From IMG/VR virus record IMGVR_UViG_3300042691_029205, positions 14,911 through 78,910 of that record: a stretch of DNA of 64,000 bases; one strand, written 5' to 3'. The notes under the pieces were generated by a model. The model was not told the origin of the DNA. It worked only from the letters and a program-made list of their open reading frames with translations, and searched no databases. The translations under genes were made by a program, and so were the position numbers. This DNA is from a virus. This document shows positions 1-9,129 of this stretch, piece after piece (position 1 is the stretch's first letter; the number at the start of each line of letters is the position of its first letter).

Positions 1-29
1 TAACTCAATTAGAACATAGATTTTGGTTA

Positions 30-215
30 ATGGCTACTGAAAATCCTGATTTAGCCCGCGATTTTATTCGCATAGTTCATAAACCTAAAACCAAAGAACA
101 TAGAGAACTTTTTAGCTATATGTTTGGAATTAAATTACTTGAGACAATGGATGAACTTAGAATATCTCTTATAGAAGATAACAAGGAGTTATCAAATGAC
201 TCGGAAGAAGACTAA
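30..215 (+). CDS. hypothetical protein (may be 5'-truncated by window edge)
   Basis: ORF in co-oriented gene array; no motif recognised. Confidence 0.5.
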   Translation: MATENPDLARDFIRIVHKPKTKEHRELFSYMFGIKLLETMDELRISLIEDNKELSNDSEED

Positions 216-232
216 AACAAAACAGATTCAAT

Positions 233-490
233 GTGGTAAAAAAAATACCATGCTTAACTATTGAAGCTGAAAAAGTAATAGATAGCGGCCTGGATAAGAT
301 ATTTACTAAGTTGGCATCTATGAAGTCTGTGGAATATATACAAGTATATCCAGACGACGATATCTATGAACCAGAAGGATACCAAATTGTTCCTCTTAAT
401 ACAGATACCTCGTTTAGAGAACAATTTTTAGAACAAATGGAAAATTTACTTATTGAAAAGTTATATAGATATACGAAAGATAATAAATAA
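233..490 (+). CDS. hypothetical protein
   Basis: ORF, tight packing with neighbours. Confidence 0.55.
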   Translation: MVKKIPCLTIEAEKVIDSGLDKIFTKLASMKSVEYIQVYPDDDIYEPEGYQIVPLNTDTSFREQFLEQMENLLIEKLYRYTKDNK

Positions 491-502
491 GGAAAATACT
501 AT

Positions 503-703
503 ATGTTAAAATCAGAAAAAATAGCGGTTACAACTACTCTTGTATTAATAGTATTAATTACTCTGTTAAATTTTGGCTGGATGTGGATTTGTGCCAGCCA
601 GGAAGCCGCAACGTATAATAAAATAACAGGGACTAGCGTAACCACCTGGGATGCCCTGTGGGTAGAACTAAGAGTAGATTCACAACCAAAAAAGAGAGAT
701 TAA
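503..703 (+). CDS. small membrane protein
   Basis: AGGA RBS; N-terminal hydrophobic helix. Confidence 0.65.
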   Translation: MLKSEKIAVTTTLVLIVLITLLNFGWMWICASQEAATYNKITGTSVTTWDALWVELRVDSQPKKRD

Positions 704-705
704 TA

Positions 706-891
706 ATGTTCGCCAACTGTCAAAGCGAGTATGCTTATTTTTGTAACCTATCTGATGAAGAAAAGTTTCTTCTAATGAAGGAAATGGCCGACCATCTTAT
801 AGATTTAGAGTCTATTCACTGGTCAAACAAAGAACCTGGATATTACTGGAGTTGTTCGGGAGCTAAGTTGGGAGTAGAAGATGAAAGTTAA
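706..891 (+). CDS. hypothetical protein
   Basis: ATG at 706 follows upstream stop (TAATAATG). Confidence 0.6.
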   Translation: MFANCQSEYAYFCNLSDEEKFLLMKEMADHLIDLESIHWSNKEPGYYWSCSGAKLGVEDES

Positions 892-1087
892 GAAACTCAT
901 TAATATATTAAATATCTACTCCAAAAATCTAAAAGTTTATAAGGCCGCTGATGACGAAGGAAACTCCTTCCAAGAACTATACGAAGGTTCTATTGGTATC
1001 TTGTATAAGAATCTGGATACCGGAGATATAGTTGGTGAATGTGACATTGAAGATGACGGAAATTACGAAGAGATTCTTGTACTCTAA
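881..1087 (+). CDS. hypothetical phage protein
   Basis: GGAG RBS; MKVKKLI...DDEGNSF pattern typical of small phage proteins. Confidence 0.65.
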   Translation: MKVKKLINILNIYSKNLKVYKAADDEGNSFQELYEGSIGILYKNLDTGDIVGECDIEDDGNYEEILVL

Positions 1088-1104
1088 AAATAAGCAGCGT
1101 AGCT

Positions 1105-1920
1105 ATGGCATTTTGTTTTATTGGTAGTTATCCGTTGTATTGTCTTACTGGTGGTAAAATTCCATATAAAGACATTGATGTATTGACAGATAATATTGAA
1201 CATGCTAAACATTACATTCTTACTGAATATAAACTAGGCGAAGCTAAAATTGAGTATCACCTAGCCACAGGCGAAATGTTGGAGTTTTTATACGATAACC
1301 CTACATATCCACCATTAAATGAACTTTTAACTCTTAAACTAAGCCACATGCAATGGGATATTAACTGGAAAAAACACGCAGAACAAGCAGTTTTACTAAT
1401 GAGTTCTTACGGATGTACTCCTGATATATCTTTGTTTTACTCTTTCTCACGATACTGGAAAAAACACCACGGAGATAATAAAAAACACATTACACTAAAC
1501 AAGGAAAACTACGAGTTTTTTGACAATGGTGTAACCTATAAATTTGTCCACGATGATCTGCACGAAGCGGTCAAACATAAAAAACACCCGATGTATTGGT
1601 ATATCAAGGAAGATAAAAACTCCGCAAAAACTAGCGACTCACTACTTAACAAATTGAGTCCGCAGGATAAAATATTGTTATGCAGAGAAGAAATGTATGT
1701 CGTTGCCCTGGAACGCTTTATAATTCCCAGCAATTTTACATGTGATCCAGTGGTAGCTTGTCGGAGAGCCTTATATAAATTGTGTACCTCGATGACTAAG
1801 GGTTTATTTTGTCAGACGATTTTGTTTAATTTACACCATCTTTGGAATCCAGATTTAGACTTTATTTATAAGTTTAATCGGGCTTATTTTAATAATCAAT
1901 TAACACTAGCACAAGGATAA
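1105..1920 (+). CDS. nucleotidyltransferase-like phage protein (Pol beta-type GS...DxD)
   Basis: FIGS...KDIDV at N-terminus; LKLSH, HDDLHE, EEMYVVALER motifs recalled from a conserved large-phage family. Confidence 0.6.
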   Translation: MAFCFIGSYPLYCLTGGKIPYKDIDVLTDNIEHAKHYILTEYKLGEAKIEYHLATGEMLEFLYDNPTYPPLNELLTLKLSHMQWDINWKKHAEQAVLLMSSYGCTPDISLFYSFSRYWKKHHGDNKKHITLNKENYEFFDNGVTYKFVHDDLHEAVKHKKHPMYWYIKEDKNSAKTSDSLLNKLSPQDKILLCREEMYVVALERFIIPSNFTCDPVVACRRALYKLCTSMTKGLFCQTILFNLHHLWNPDLDFIYKFNRAYFNNQLTLAQG

Positions 1921-1923
1921 CGT

Positions 1924-2262
1924 ATGAGTACGCTTAAAGATTTTAAGTCTGTTTTAGATGAATTAGAAGTTAGCGTTTCGGACTTTCTAAACGACTTTGA
2001 GTATGAAGACTATTCACATGCTCCAGAAGACAAGGAACAGGAATACAAGGATTTACTAGCAAGTTGTGAATCTGTATCTGTTGGAAGTCATTATGACGGG
2101 AAAGTATACGACATTATTTTCAAATGGAAAGATATCTTTATTCGTGGGTCTGGTTGGTATTCTTCATGGGGTGATTCTAGTCACGAAGACTATTTAGAAG
2201 AAGTAGTACCAGTAGAAAAAACAATAATTCAATATGTAAATAAAAACAATAAGAAAGGTTAA
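1924..2262 (+). CDS. acidic hypothetical protein, paralog of 2271..2600
   Basis: DIIFKW...GWYSSW...EVVPVEKTIIQY. Confidence 0.75.
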   Translation: MSTLKDFKSVLDELEVSVSDFLNDFEYEDYSHAPEDKEQEYKDLLASCESVSVGSHYDGKVYDIIFKWKDIFIRGSGWYSSWGDSSHEDYLEEVVPVEKTIIQYVNKNNKKG

Positions 2263-2270
2263 GTATCACT

Positions 2271-2600
2271 ATGGACGAATTACTTTCAGAACTAGATAAG
2301 TGGAATATCAACGTAGCAGATATGTTGAAATATATAAATCAAGAAGATTGGGAAGACCCAGATTTAGATGATTTTGATGAAAACGAATGGGAAAATTTTA
2401 TAGGGTCTTTTGAGCTAATAGATAGCGGCTTTAAAGGAGATGGTCAGTTGTTTGATATAATCTTTAGATACAAAGACAAGTATTTTAAAGGTTATGGTAA
2501 GTATTCATCTTGGGACTCAACTAGATACAATAGTGATTTAGTAGAAGTGTTTCCAAAACAGGTTACTATTACCGAATACGTGGAACAAGAAGACTTATAA
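2271..2600 (+). CDS. acidic hypothetical protein, paralog of 1924..2262
   Basis: DIIFRY...GKYSSW...EVFPKQVTITEY. Confidence 0.75.
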   Translation: MDELLSELDKWNINVADMLKYINQEDWEDPDLDDFDENEWENFIGSFELIDSGFKGDGQLFDIIFRYKDKYFKGYGKYSSWDSTRYNSDLVEVFPKQVTITEYVEQEDL

Positions 2601-3574
2601 TGACTCTTAAACAAATACAACTATTGATAAAGAACCAGAATGCTTGGGATTTATTTGGTTCTGATATAGATAGCCGCCTTAAAGAACTTTTAGTCGGTTG
2701 TCACCCTGATCGTTTTGAAGATGAAAAAGATAAAGAACTAGCTCTATCCCTATCAAAACAGCTATCCTTATTAGCGGAGAAAGCTAGAGAGCCTCGTTTG
2801 TCAATCTTGGACTATTTATTCGTCAAGGATATTTGTACCGGCGACTCTTCTTATGTTCGTCTGTTTGAAAAAGCAGGGAAAAAGTATATATTCAAAAGCC
2901 CGCTTTCCGATGGGGTTAAGAAGCTAGTCGGGACTGAATTTAATCTAACTAAAGACTTAGTGAGTAAGTCTACTGGTCAGGTTTTTGAGAAGTTTTTTAG
3001 AAAGCCGGTCGAGATTATAATCGACGCTAAAAATAAAGACTATCACTGTGTATATGAATATACAGATGGTTTGATTTCAGTGGCCGATTTGATTAATATG
3101 TTTCCTAGCGGCCTAGATGGTCGTCATATTGTATGGATAACACGTAGAGTATTAGCCGCCCTAGCTTATTTACATTCTCAAGATATTTGTCATAATGCAC
3201 CTACGCCAGATCATTTACTTGTAGAGTATAAGGGTCATGGTTTAGTATTGGCTGGGCTGCTGCATTCTACAAAAACCGGAGAAAAACCACCTGTTATTCC
3301 TGCTAAATATACTGATATATATCCTGATAAATGGGTCAAGGACATTAAAAAAGCCAGTAGCGGGCTAGACATTTATCTAGCAATCAGTTCAATGCTTAAA
3401 CTTGCTGGCATAAATTGTCATACTCGAATTAAGAATTTTCTCAAGGGGGTTCAGCTTGAGAGCTTGACAAACCCACAATCGGGAATTATAATACATGATG
3501 AGCTTGGTGATTTGGCAAAGTCTTTATACGGGAAACCGAAATTTTTTGAATTGGAGCTAATTAATGAAACTTAG
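2600..3574 (+). CDS. J-domain-like (HPD) N-terminus fused to a protein-kinase-fold domain, probably a pseudokinase
   Basis: GCHPDRF; kinase elements YIFKS, TEF, ALAYLHSQDICHNAPTPDHLLV; HRD replaced by HNA and no DFG. Confidence 0.75.
   Translation: MTLKQIQLLIKNQNAWDLFGSDIDSRLKELLVGCHPDRFEDEKDKELALSLSKQLSLLAEKAREPRLSILDYLFVKDICTGDSSYVRLFEKAGKKYIFKSPLSDGVKKLVGTEFNLTKDLVSKSTGQVFEKFFRKPVEIIIDAKNKDYHCVYEYTDGLISVADLINMFPSGLDGRHIVWITRRVLAALAYLHSQDICHNAPTPDHLLVEYKGHGLVLAGLLHSTKTGEKPPVIPAKYTDIYPDKWVKDIKKASSGLDIYLAISSMLKLAGINCHTRIKNFLKGVQLESLTNPQSGIIIHDELGDLAKSLYGKPKFFELELINET
3464..3492 (+). promoter_or_regulatory. sigma70-type promoter (intragenic)
   Basis: TTGACA-17 nt-TATAAT perfect consensus. 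Confidence 0.8.
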
Positions 3575-3800
3575 AAAATGGATACTACATCAATTAGATG
3601 AAATGTTAGAGTGTATTAAATACGCTAGAACAGATTATATTAGTAGTCAATTAACACCTATTGGACCACCAGTAGAAAAACAATTTACTTCGGTTCGTTC
3701 TACAATAAGAGCAGAAAAAGCACTATGTAAAATAGAATCAATAGTAAAAGCAATTAAATCTTTACTTACACCAGAAAAAATCTTTACCAAAGGACAATAA
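3564..3800 (+). CDS. hypothetical protein
   Basis: GGAG RBS, overlaps upstream stop. Confidence 0.65.
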   Translation: MKLRKWILHQLDEMLECIKYARTDYISSQLTPIGPPVEKQFTSVRSTIRAEKALCKIESIVKAIKSLLTPEKIFTKGQ

Positions 3801-3802
3801 AT

Positions 3803-4774
3803 ATGGGAACATCAAATTATTCAGCCGATCTTTATAACCACAAGGCGGTTCTACGAGCTAAAACAGCCACGCCTGTATTTGCTCACTCTGCTGCTGTTAG
3901 CTCTGGAAAGGCAGCAAGAGCTACACATGATAGCTTAAATCCAGTCAAATTCACTAATAAAATTCGTGAAAGTCGAGACTCAGCAGAACACCCGAATTCA
4001 CTAGCTATTGCGGTAGCCTTCGATGTGACTGGTTCTATGGGTGGTGTGCCTAAAACAGTACAAAGCAAACTTAATACGCTAATGAGTTTGTTACTGAAAA
4101 AGGGCTATGTGGAAGACCCCCATATTATGCCTGCTGCTTTTGGTGATTCATATTGCGACGACGGGCCAATTCAAGTTGGTCAGTTTGAAGCGGGTAATGA
4201 GGTGGAAGATCATCTTACTAATATCTGGTTAGAAGGTGGTGGTGGAGGCCAAGTTAGTGAGTCGCCAGGACTGTTTCTGTATTACATGGCAAATTATACC
4301 TCAATTGACTGCTTTGAAAAACGCGGCAAAAAGGGCTATATTTTCATTATTACGGATGAAAAGTCACACCCTGTTTCTAAAGAACATATTAAGGAATTTC
4401 TTGGAGTGGACACTGAAAAAGACTACTCGTTCCAAGAGGTTTTAGATATGGCTCGTACCAAGTATAATGTATTTGTTATTATGCCTAATTTAACGTGTCA
4501 CTATAATGACTCACAAGTTAATAACTTCTGGAAGTCGCATTTAGGCGAGAATTTTCTCAAGTTAGACGATCCTGATACTGTAGCTGAATTGATTGCCTCA
4601 ACAATTGGACTCTGTGAGGGTAATGTTGATAACGATCAATTAATAGATGATTTAACCGATGCTGGTTTATCGAAGAATTCTATTGATTCAGTAACAAAAA
4701 CCCTATCTACAGTCACTACTAATACAGCAATCTCGAATAAAAAGTATAGTGGGACTGGTTTAAAACCACTATAA
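3803..4774 (+). CDS. von Willebrand factor A (vWA) domain protein
   Basis: MIDAS-type DVTGSMG, GGGGG..ES, IITDE. Confidence 0.85.
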   Translation: MGTSNYSADLYNHKAVLRAKTATPVFAHSAAVSSGKAARATHDSLNPVKFTNKIRESRDSAEHPNSLAIAVAFDVTGSMGGVPKTVQSKLNTLMSLLLKKGYVEDPHIMPAAFGDSYCDDGPIQVGQFEAGNEVEDHLTNIWLEGGGGGQVSESPGLFLYYMANYTSIDCFEKRGKKGYIFIITDEKSHPVSKEHIKEFLGVDTEKDYSFQEVLDMARTKYNVFVIMPNLTCHYNDSQVNNFWKSHLGENFLKLDDPDTVAELIASTIGLCEGNVDNDQLIDDLTDAGLSKNSIDSVTKTLSTVTTNTAISNKKYSGTGLKPL

Positions 4775-4798
4775 AACTCAATTTGAGTTATCGATTCT

Positions 4799-4826
4799 AG
4801 CCCCTTGAAAGAGGGACTTGTTTTTT
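4799..4826 (+). terminator. possible intrinsic terminator
   Basis: CCCTT-GAAA-GAGGG hairpin followed by TGTTTTTT after vWA gene. Confidence 0.45.
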
Positions 4827-4851
4827 GCCTGCGGTAAGCTATAATAAAGAC

Positions 4852-5208
4852 ATGAAATACGAAATAAAAGTTAAATATTTATTATCTGGTACTAAAGATT
4901 GGCAATTTAAAACTTTAACAGTTAAGGACACGGATAATTTTTGTAAAATCATAGATCAAATTAACGAGTTATTTACAGGTGTTCTGCATTTCTTATCAGG
5001 TAGGAAATTAGAAAATGATAATTTATCGCTCTGTGCAACAAAGAGTGGATGTACTGGATGTATAGAAGACGAAACATATAAACATGGATATCGTTTTAAC
5101 TACGACGATGGGACAACGGATGCTGGAGAATATAGAAAGAAAGGAATGGTAATATATCATTATGCAGATAAAATTAAAAACCCCGAAAAATCATCACCTA
5201 CCTCGTAA
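4852..5208 (+). CDS. hypothetical protein
   Basis: ORF; ATG start at 4852 preferred. Confidence 0.55.
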   Translation: MKYEIKVKYLLSGTKDWQFKTLTVKDTDNFCKIIDQINELFTGVLHFLSGRKLENDNLSLCATKSGCTGCIEDETYKHGYRFNYDDGTTDAGEYRKKGMVIYHYADKIKNPEKSSPTS

Positions 5209-5347
5209 GGTTGTGATCGAACTAAGTGTCAATGAGTTTAATTTACTACATAATGCAATAGATTCGATAGAACTAGACGATCCAGACGAACATGATTTTA
5301 TTACATTGTTACAAGAAGAATTAGAGGTAATTCATGGAGATTTGTAG
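5162..5347 (+). CDS. hypothetical protein
   Basis: overlapping ORF in array. Confidence 0.5.
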   Translation: MQIKLKTPKNHHLPRKVVIELSVNEFNLLHNAIDSIELDDPDEHDFITLLQEELEVIHGDL

Positions 5348-5549
5348 AGGTTCGATTTTTTTAAAATCGGCTTGTGGTAGATGTGAAAAATGTCAAAATG
5401 ATATTGTCGCTATAGCTAAAAGCCTAAATTATTATCTACATAAAACAGACGAAGAAACTAGAGAAGTTGCTTGTAGCGAAGTTACAAATAATATCTGCTT
5501 ACACTGTTTTGGTACTGATAAACCTTGTTATTGCTGGAGAGACGAGTAA
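5334..5549 (+). CDS. small Cys-rich (Zn-binding) protein
   Basis: CGRCEKC and CLHC..PCYC; GAGG RBS. Confidence 0.65.
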   Translation: MEICRGSIFLKSACGRCEKCQNDIVAIAKSLNYYLHKTDEETREVACSEVTNNICLHCFGTDKPCYCWRDE

Positions 5550-5833
5550 TGTCAATGTCAACATATGTTTATGGTGTTCGTGATTTAGATGGTATGTTTG
5601 CTAAAATGATGAGGGTTAAGAAAGTCTGCGATACAGCAGGCATCAGTTATCCAAAAGAGGTAACTGAATATTTTAAAGACCCAGGGGAAAACGAAGAAAC
5701 AATAAGAAGAGAAATGGAAACTCTTGAAATCAAATTCGAGAGAAACAGTCGAAATGGTGAATATATATATGAAGTACAATTAGAAGATTTACCTAAAGAA
5801 GTGAAGGCTATTAGATTTATTAATTCATGGTAA
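5549..5833 (+). CDS. hypothetical phage protein
   Basis: TAATG coupling; MSMSTYVYG...IRFINSW. Confidence 0.7.
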   Translation: MSMSTYVYGVRDLDGMFAKMMRVKKVCDTAGISYPKEVTEYFKDPGENEETIRREMETLEIKFERNSRNGEYIYEVQLEDLPKEVKAIRFINSW

Positions 5834-5860
5834 TAGGGGTTTCACCCATATAACCCAAGG
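5834..5860. repeat. intergenic GGGG-loop-CCC-spacer-CCC motif, copy 1
   Basis: TAGGGG TTTCA CCCA TATAA CCCAAGG; similar to 23011 and 40681. Confidence 0.6.
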
Positions 5861-5871
5861 AAAAAAGAACA

Positions 5872-6048
5872 ATGTACGATATAATAGAAGCATTAACAAA
5901 AGAAGTAAATCAATCTCTTTGGAATGCTTTTTATACAAATGAATGGTCAAAGTTTATAGAAACAGTAATTCCAAAGATGAAAACTATATCTGATTTAATG
6001 GAAGAAGATCAAGAATGGTGGGAAGATTACAACGAACCAGCAAAATAA
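5872..6048 (+). CDS. 58-aa hypothetical protein (below ORF-track cutoff)
   Basis: AAGGA RBS; MYDIIEALTKEV...EPAK* translated by hand. Confidence 0.6.
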   Translation: MYDIIEALTKEVNQSLWNAFYTNEWSKFIETVIPKMKTISDLMEEDQEWWEDYNEPAK

Positions 6049-6058
6049 AGTATTAAAT

Positions 6059-6424
6059 ATGCCATACGATAGACCTCCTATTAAACTTACGATGTTAATA
6101 TTAGAGCAGGGTCATCACGAAGGTGCTAGATTAGCATGTATCCCACTTTTTGTTTATCATTATGATTTAACAAGAGAAAAGCTAATTAGTGTTTTTTTAG
6201 ATAATATTAAATTAGTGTTACAAGAAACGAATAATAAACAAACGGTATATAATTGGTTACTAGATCAATTTAACTTGGAATCTCATGAAACATGTGGAGA
6301 CAAAGTTTGGGATCATTTAGATTCAATGGGAATTAAATTTATCCCTGATTTAGATATAGATATTAAAATAGACAACATTGTATTATTAGACGTTTACTCA
6401 CTAGAGGATGATTATAATGACTAA
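6059..6424 (+). CDS. hypothetical protein
   Basis: ORF in array. Confidence 0.6.
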   Translation: MPYDRPPIKLTMLILEQGHHEGARLACIPLFVYHYDLTREKLISVFLDNIKLVLQETNNKQTVYNWLLDQFNLESHETCGDKVWDHLDSMGIKFIPDLDIDIKIDNIVLLDVYSLEDDYND

Positions 6425-7742
6425 GGCTTTTATCGTCGTAGGACTTCAATTTGGTGATGAAACTAAGGGAGCAACAACAGATTACCTATGTTCGTTGTTT
6501 CCAGATCAGCGTAAGCTCGTAGTACGCTATAGCGGTGGCTCTCAGGCTGGTCATTCCGTAGAACACAACGAAAGTCGCCATATCTTTAATAACTTCGGCA
6601 GCGGCTCTTTACAAGACGTTCCAACTTATTGGGATCGTCATTGTGTATTAAATCCCTACAGCCTGTTTTATGAAACAGAGAAATTAGTTCAATTAGGTTT
6701 AAAGCCAAAGATTAATATTCATCAACAATGTTTAGTCTCAACAATCTATCATCAGATTTTTAACCAGTATAGAGAAAGAAAACGTGGAGACTTAAAACAT
6801 GGTACTTGTGGTCATGGAATTGGTGAAACACGCTCTTATTACTTAAAATACGGCCAAGACGCTATCTTTTATCAAGATTGTTTTTTATCTCCGCAAGTTT
6901 TAGAAAACAAGCTCTATTTACTGAGAGAGCGACTACTTGAAGAAAGTAATTATGGAAAAGAGCTATGCGAAGAACTGTATAGCGTTGATATTTTTCAAGC
7001 TAAGTATGTTATAGAACAAATAGTTTTTCAACAGAAGACAGGGAATAATTATATAACACCAATTAAAGAGCACGATCTATTTGTTTTTGAAGGTGCTCAA
7101 GGTATTTTACTAGATCAGAATTACGGATTTCACCCACATACTACATGGACAGATACTACGCCACGTAGGGCGTTGGAGTTATGTAGAGAATGGGGTATTG
7201 AAGATGTTAAGATACTTGGTCTAACACGTACTAATACTACTAGACATGGTAATGGCCCGCTACCTACTTATAATCCAGAACTAACGGATGAATATCCAGA
7301 CCAAACGAATACACATAATGAGTTCCAAGGTAACTTTAGAATTGGCGATTTAGACCTATCTATGTTGGAATACTCAAATGAGATTATTCGACGTAGTTGT
7401 GGACGAGGTTTAGATGGTTTAGTAGTTAGTCATCTGGATCAACATCAAGATGGTTTGTATAAGACAAAAACATTGAACAAGACAGAATATAAAAAATATT
7501 TCTGTCGAGAATTAAAATATCAAGGCTCTCTATTAAAACAGGAGGCATTGACATATGAACTGTCTTTATTACACGATAAGACTAGATACAACTACCACGA
7601 TAGTCTAAGATGTGATAAAATTTCTTTATACAATAAACTACAGTCTATTTTTCAATGCCCTGTGGTCATCGAATCTGATGGGGCGACAAGGAATCATAGA
7701 CAAACAACGAAAGAGGGGCAGGAAATATTATGTATATCATAA
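6417..7742 (+). CDS. divergent adenylosuccinate synthetase (PurA)-like ligase
   Basis: GLQFGDETKG, VRYSGGSQAGH, GHGIG, FEGAQGILLD, TTRHGNGP; GAGG RBS. Confidence 0.85.
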   Translation: MTKAFIVVGLQFGDETKGATTDYLCSLFPDQRKLVVRYSGGSQAGHSVEHNESRHIFNNFGSGSLQDVPTYWDRHCVLNPYSLFYETEKLVQLGLKPKINIHQQCLVSTIYHQIFNQYRERKRGDLKHGTCGHGIGETRSYYLKYGQDAIFYQDCFLSPQVLENKLYLLRERLLEESNYGKELCEELYSVDIFQAKYVIEQIVFQQKTGNNYITPIKEHDLFVFEGAQGILLDQNYGFHPHTTWTDTTPRRALELCREWGIEDVKILGLTRTNTTRHGNGPLPTYNPELTDEYPDQTNTHNEFQGNFRIGDLDLSMLEYSNEIIRRSCGRGLDGLVVSHLDQHQDGLYKTKTLNKTEYKKYFCRELKYQGSLLKQEALTYELSLLHDKTRYNYHDSLRCDKISLYNKLQSIFQCPVVIESDGATRNHRQTTKEGQEILCIS

Positions 7743-7960
7743 TGATTATTGCAATAATTTTATGGATAGGCATTGGATTAAGGTGTTGGTTTTATGAAAC
7801 AATATTGATGAACGAATATCGATTTGCTAAAAAATGTATAACAATGGCCGATTTACTTAGTATTCCTGCATATATGGTACTTGGCGTATTTTTTAGTATT
7901 GTAGATTTATTAGGTAAATTTAGTAAAATTGTAATTTGGAAGGAGAAAAAGAATGATTGA
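7730..7960 (+). CDS. small membrane protein
   Basis: two hydrophobic segments. Confidence 0.55.
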   Translation: MYIIMIIAIILWIGIGLRCWFYETILMNEYRFAKKCITMADLLSIPAYMVLGVFFSIVDLLGKFSKIVIWKEKKND

Positions 7961-8570
7961 TTTAAATAAATATTGGGTAGAGTGTATTAATCATAGTACA
8001 TTTATATTGAAAATATCACATTGTCGAGTGGATAAATGGGATCGTCGAACTGGTGGATATTACATATGTGAAACAAGTGATTATCCAGGTAAAGTATTTA
8101 TATCAGTATCAGACAAACTTCCGAAAAACTGCACAAAATGGAGTCATACTAGTTACACACTTTTTAGTGTGGTAGCCGATCCTATTATTATTGATGTTGA
8201 TAATAATTTAACTGTTAAAACGGAGAACCCTGTCATGTTTATTAAGTACATTCGCGTTAATGACGGTAATAACAATAAATATGGTTCACCATCTGTCGGT
8301 CGGCCTATTGGTTGTATTGCTATGACTTCTAGTGGCGATTATGGTATATCGTTACATAATAAAACTGATATGTTTGATAAGCGTACCAGTAAGGCTTATG
8401 CTGTATCTAGAGCGATTGGTATGGAAAAACCCATTCGTAAAATTCCTACTAAAACGGTACTGCATCCTCACACTGGAAATCCAATTATGTTAGATTGCCT
8501 GATTGACGATATGGTTAGCCACCTACAAACAAAAGTGAAAAAGATTAAAGACTTAAAAGCCAGCGGCTAA
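7953..8570 (+). CDS. hypothetical protein
   Basis: AGGAG RBS; 205 aa. Confidence 0.65.
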   Translation: MIDLNKYWVECINHSTFILKISHCRVDKWDRRTGGYYICETSDYPGKVFISVSDKLPKNCTKWSHTSYTLFSVVADPIIIDVDNNLTVKTENPVMFIKYIRVNDGNNNKYGSPSVGRPIGCIAMTSSGDYGISLHNKTDMFDKRTSKAYAVSRAIGMEKPIRKIPTKTVLHPHTGNPIMLDCLIDDMVSHLQTKVKKIKDLKASG

Positions 8571-8577
8571 TTTAGAA

Positions 8578-8585
8578 CGGTGTAT
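8578..8585 (+). promoter_or_regulatory. putative phage late-promoter motif CGGTGTA
   Basis: recurs upstream of 8623, 11183, 14894, 47174 and 50814 (variant before 46483). Confidence 0.55.
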
Positions 8586-8622
8586 ATTTCTAGTAGAGGA
8601 CACACAGGAGTTTCTACTAGAA

Positions 8623-9129
8623 ATGGCTATTACAACTAATTGTATATTTAAATCTGCTATTTATTGGCAGCAAAAAGATACACAAAATCTAGGTTTTTTA
8701 AATGATACCGGCGAAATCGGTATTACTCTACCACTATCTACGGGCAGCGGTAATTCTCAAGTAAATCAAGTGTTTTACGAGAGCGGAACCCTGCCCTCCG
8801 GTCAATCGGTTGAATATGATTTAACTGATTTAACCCGCACTATCTTAAATTCTGATGTTCCTATTACCTTTGCTAAAGTCAAGGGTATTTCTGTAAAAAA
8901 TAAGGGAACTAGCAGCGGCCACATTATATCTATTTCTGTTACCGGCTCCAATGCTTTTGAAGATTTATTGGAAGATGGTACGTCTTTGCGTGTTTATCCT
9001 GGGGCTGCTCAGACGTTTTTCCGCCCTATAGATGGTTGGACTATCACTTCTAGCGGCTGTATCTTTCAGATTAACGACCTCTATTCTTACGGTGTACCCT
9101 ACGAAATTTCAGTAGTAGGAGTAGAATAA
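8623..9129 (+). CDS. putative virion structural protein, paralog 1
   Basis: Ser/Thr/Gly-rich beta composition; shares KGISVKN...PG...GW...YEI pattern with next two genes. Confidence 0.65.
   Translation: MAITTNCIFKSAIYWQQKDTQNLGFLNDTGEIGITLPLSTGSGNSQVNQVFYESGTLPSGQSVEYDLTDLTRTILNSDVPITFAKVKGISVKNKGTSSGHIISISVTGSNAFEDLLEDGTSLRVYPGAAQTFFRPIDGWTITSSGCIFQINDLYSYGVPYEISVVGVE

Noticed and set aside
2600-3574. Active Ser/Thr kinase
   Set aside because: Catalytic-loop Asp and DFG Asp are both missing
6417-7742. PurZ / 2-aminoadenine (Z) genome system, with HD and MazG genes as DatZ/MazZ
   Set aside because: Catalytic position is Asp (GDE), not the PurZ Ser; the Asp-binding loop is absent; the HD protein is YhaM-like and both genes are 18-28 kb away
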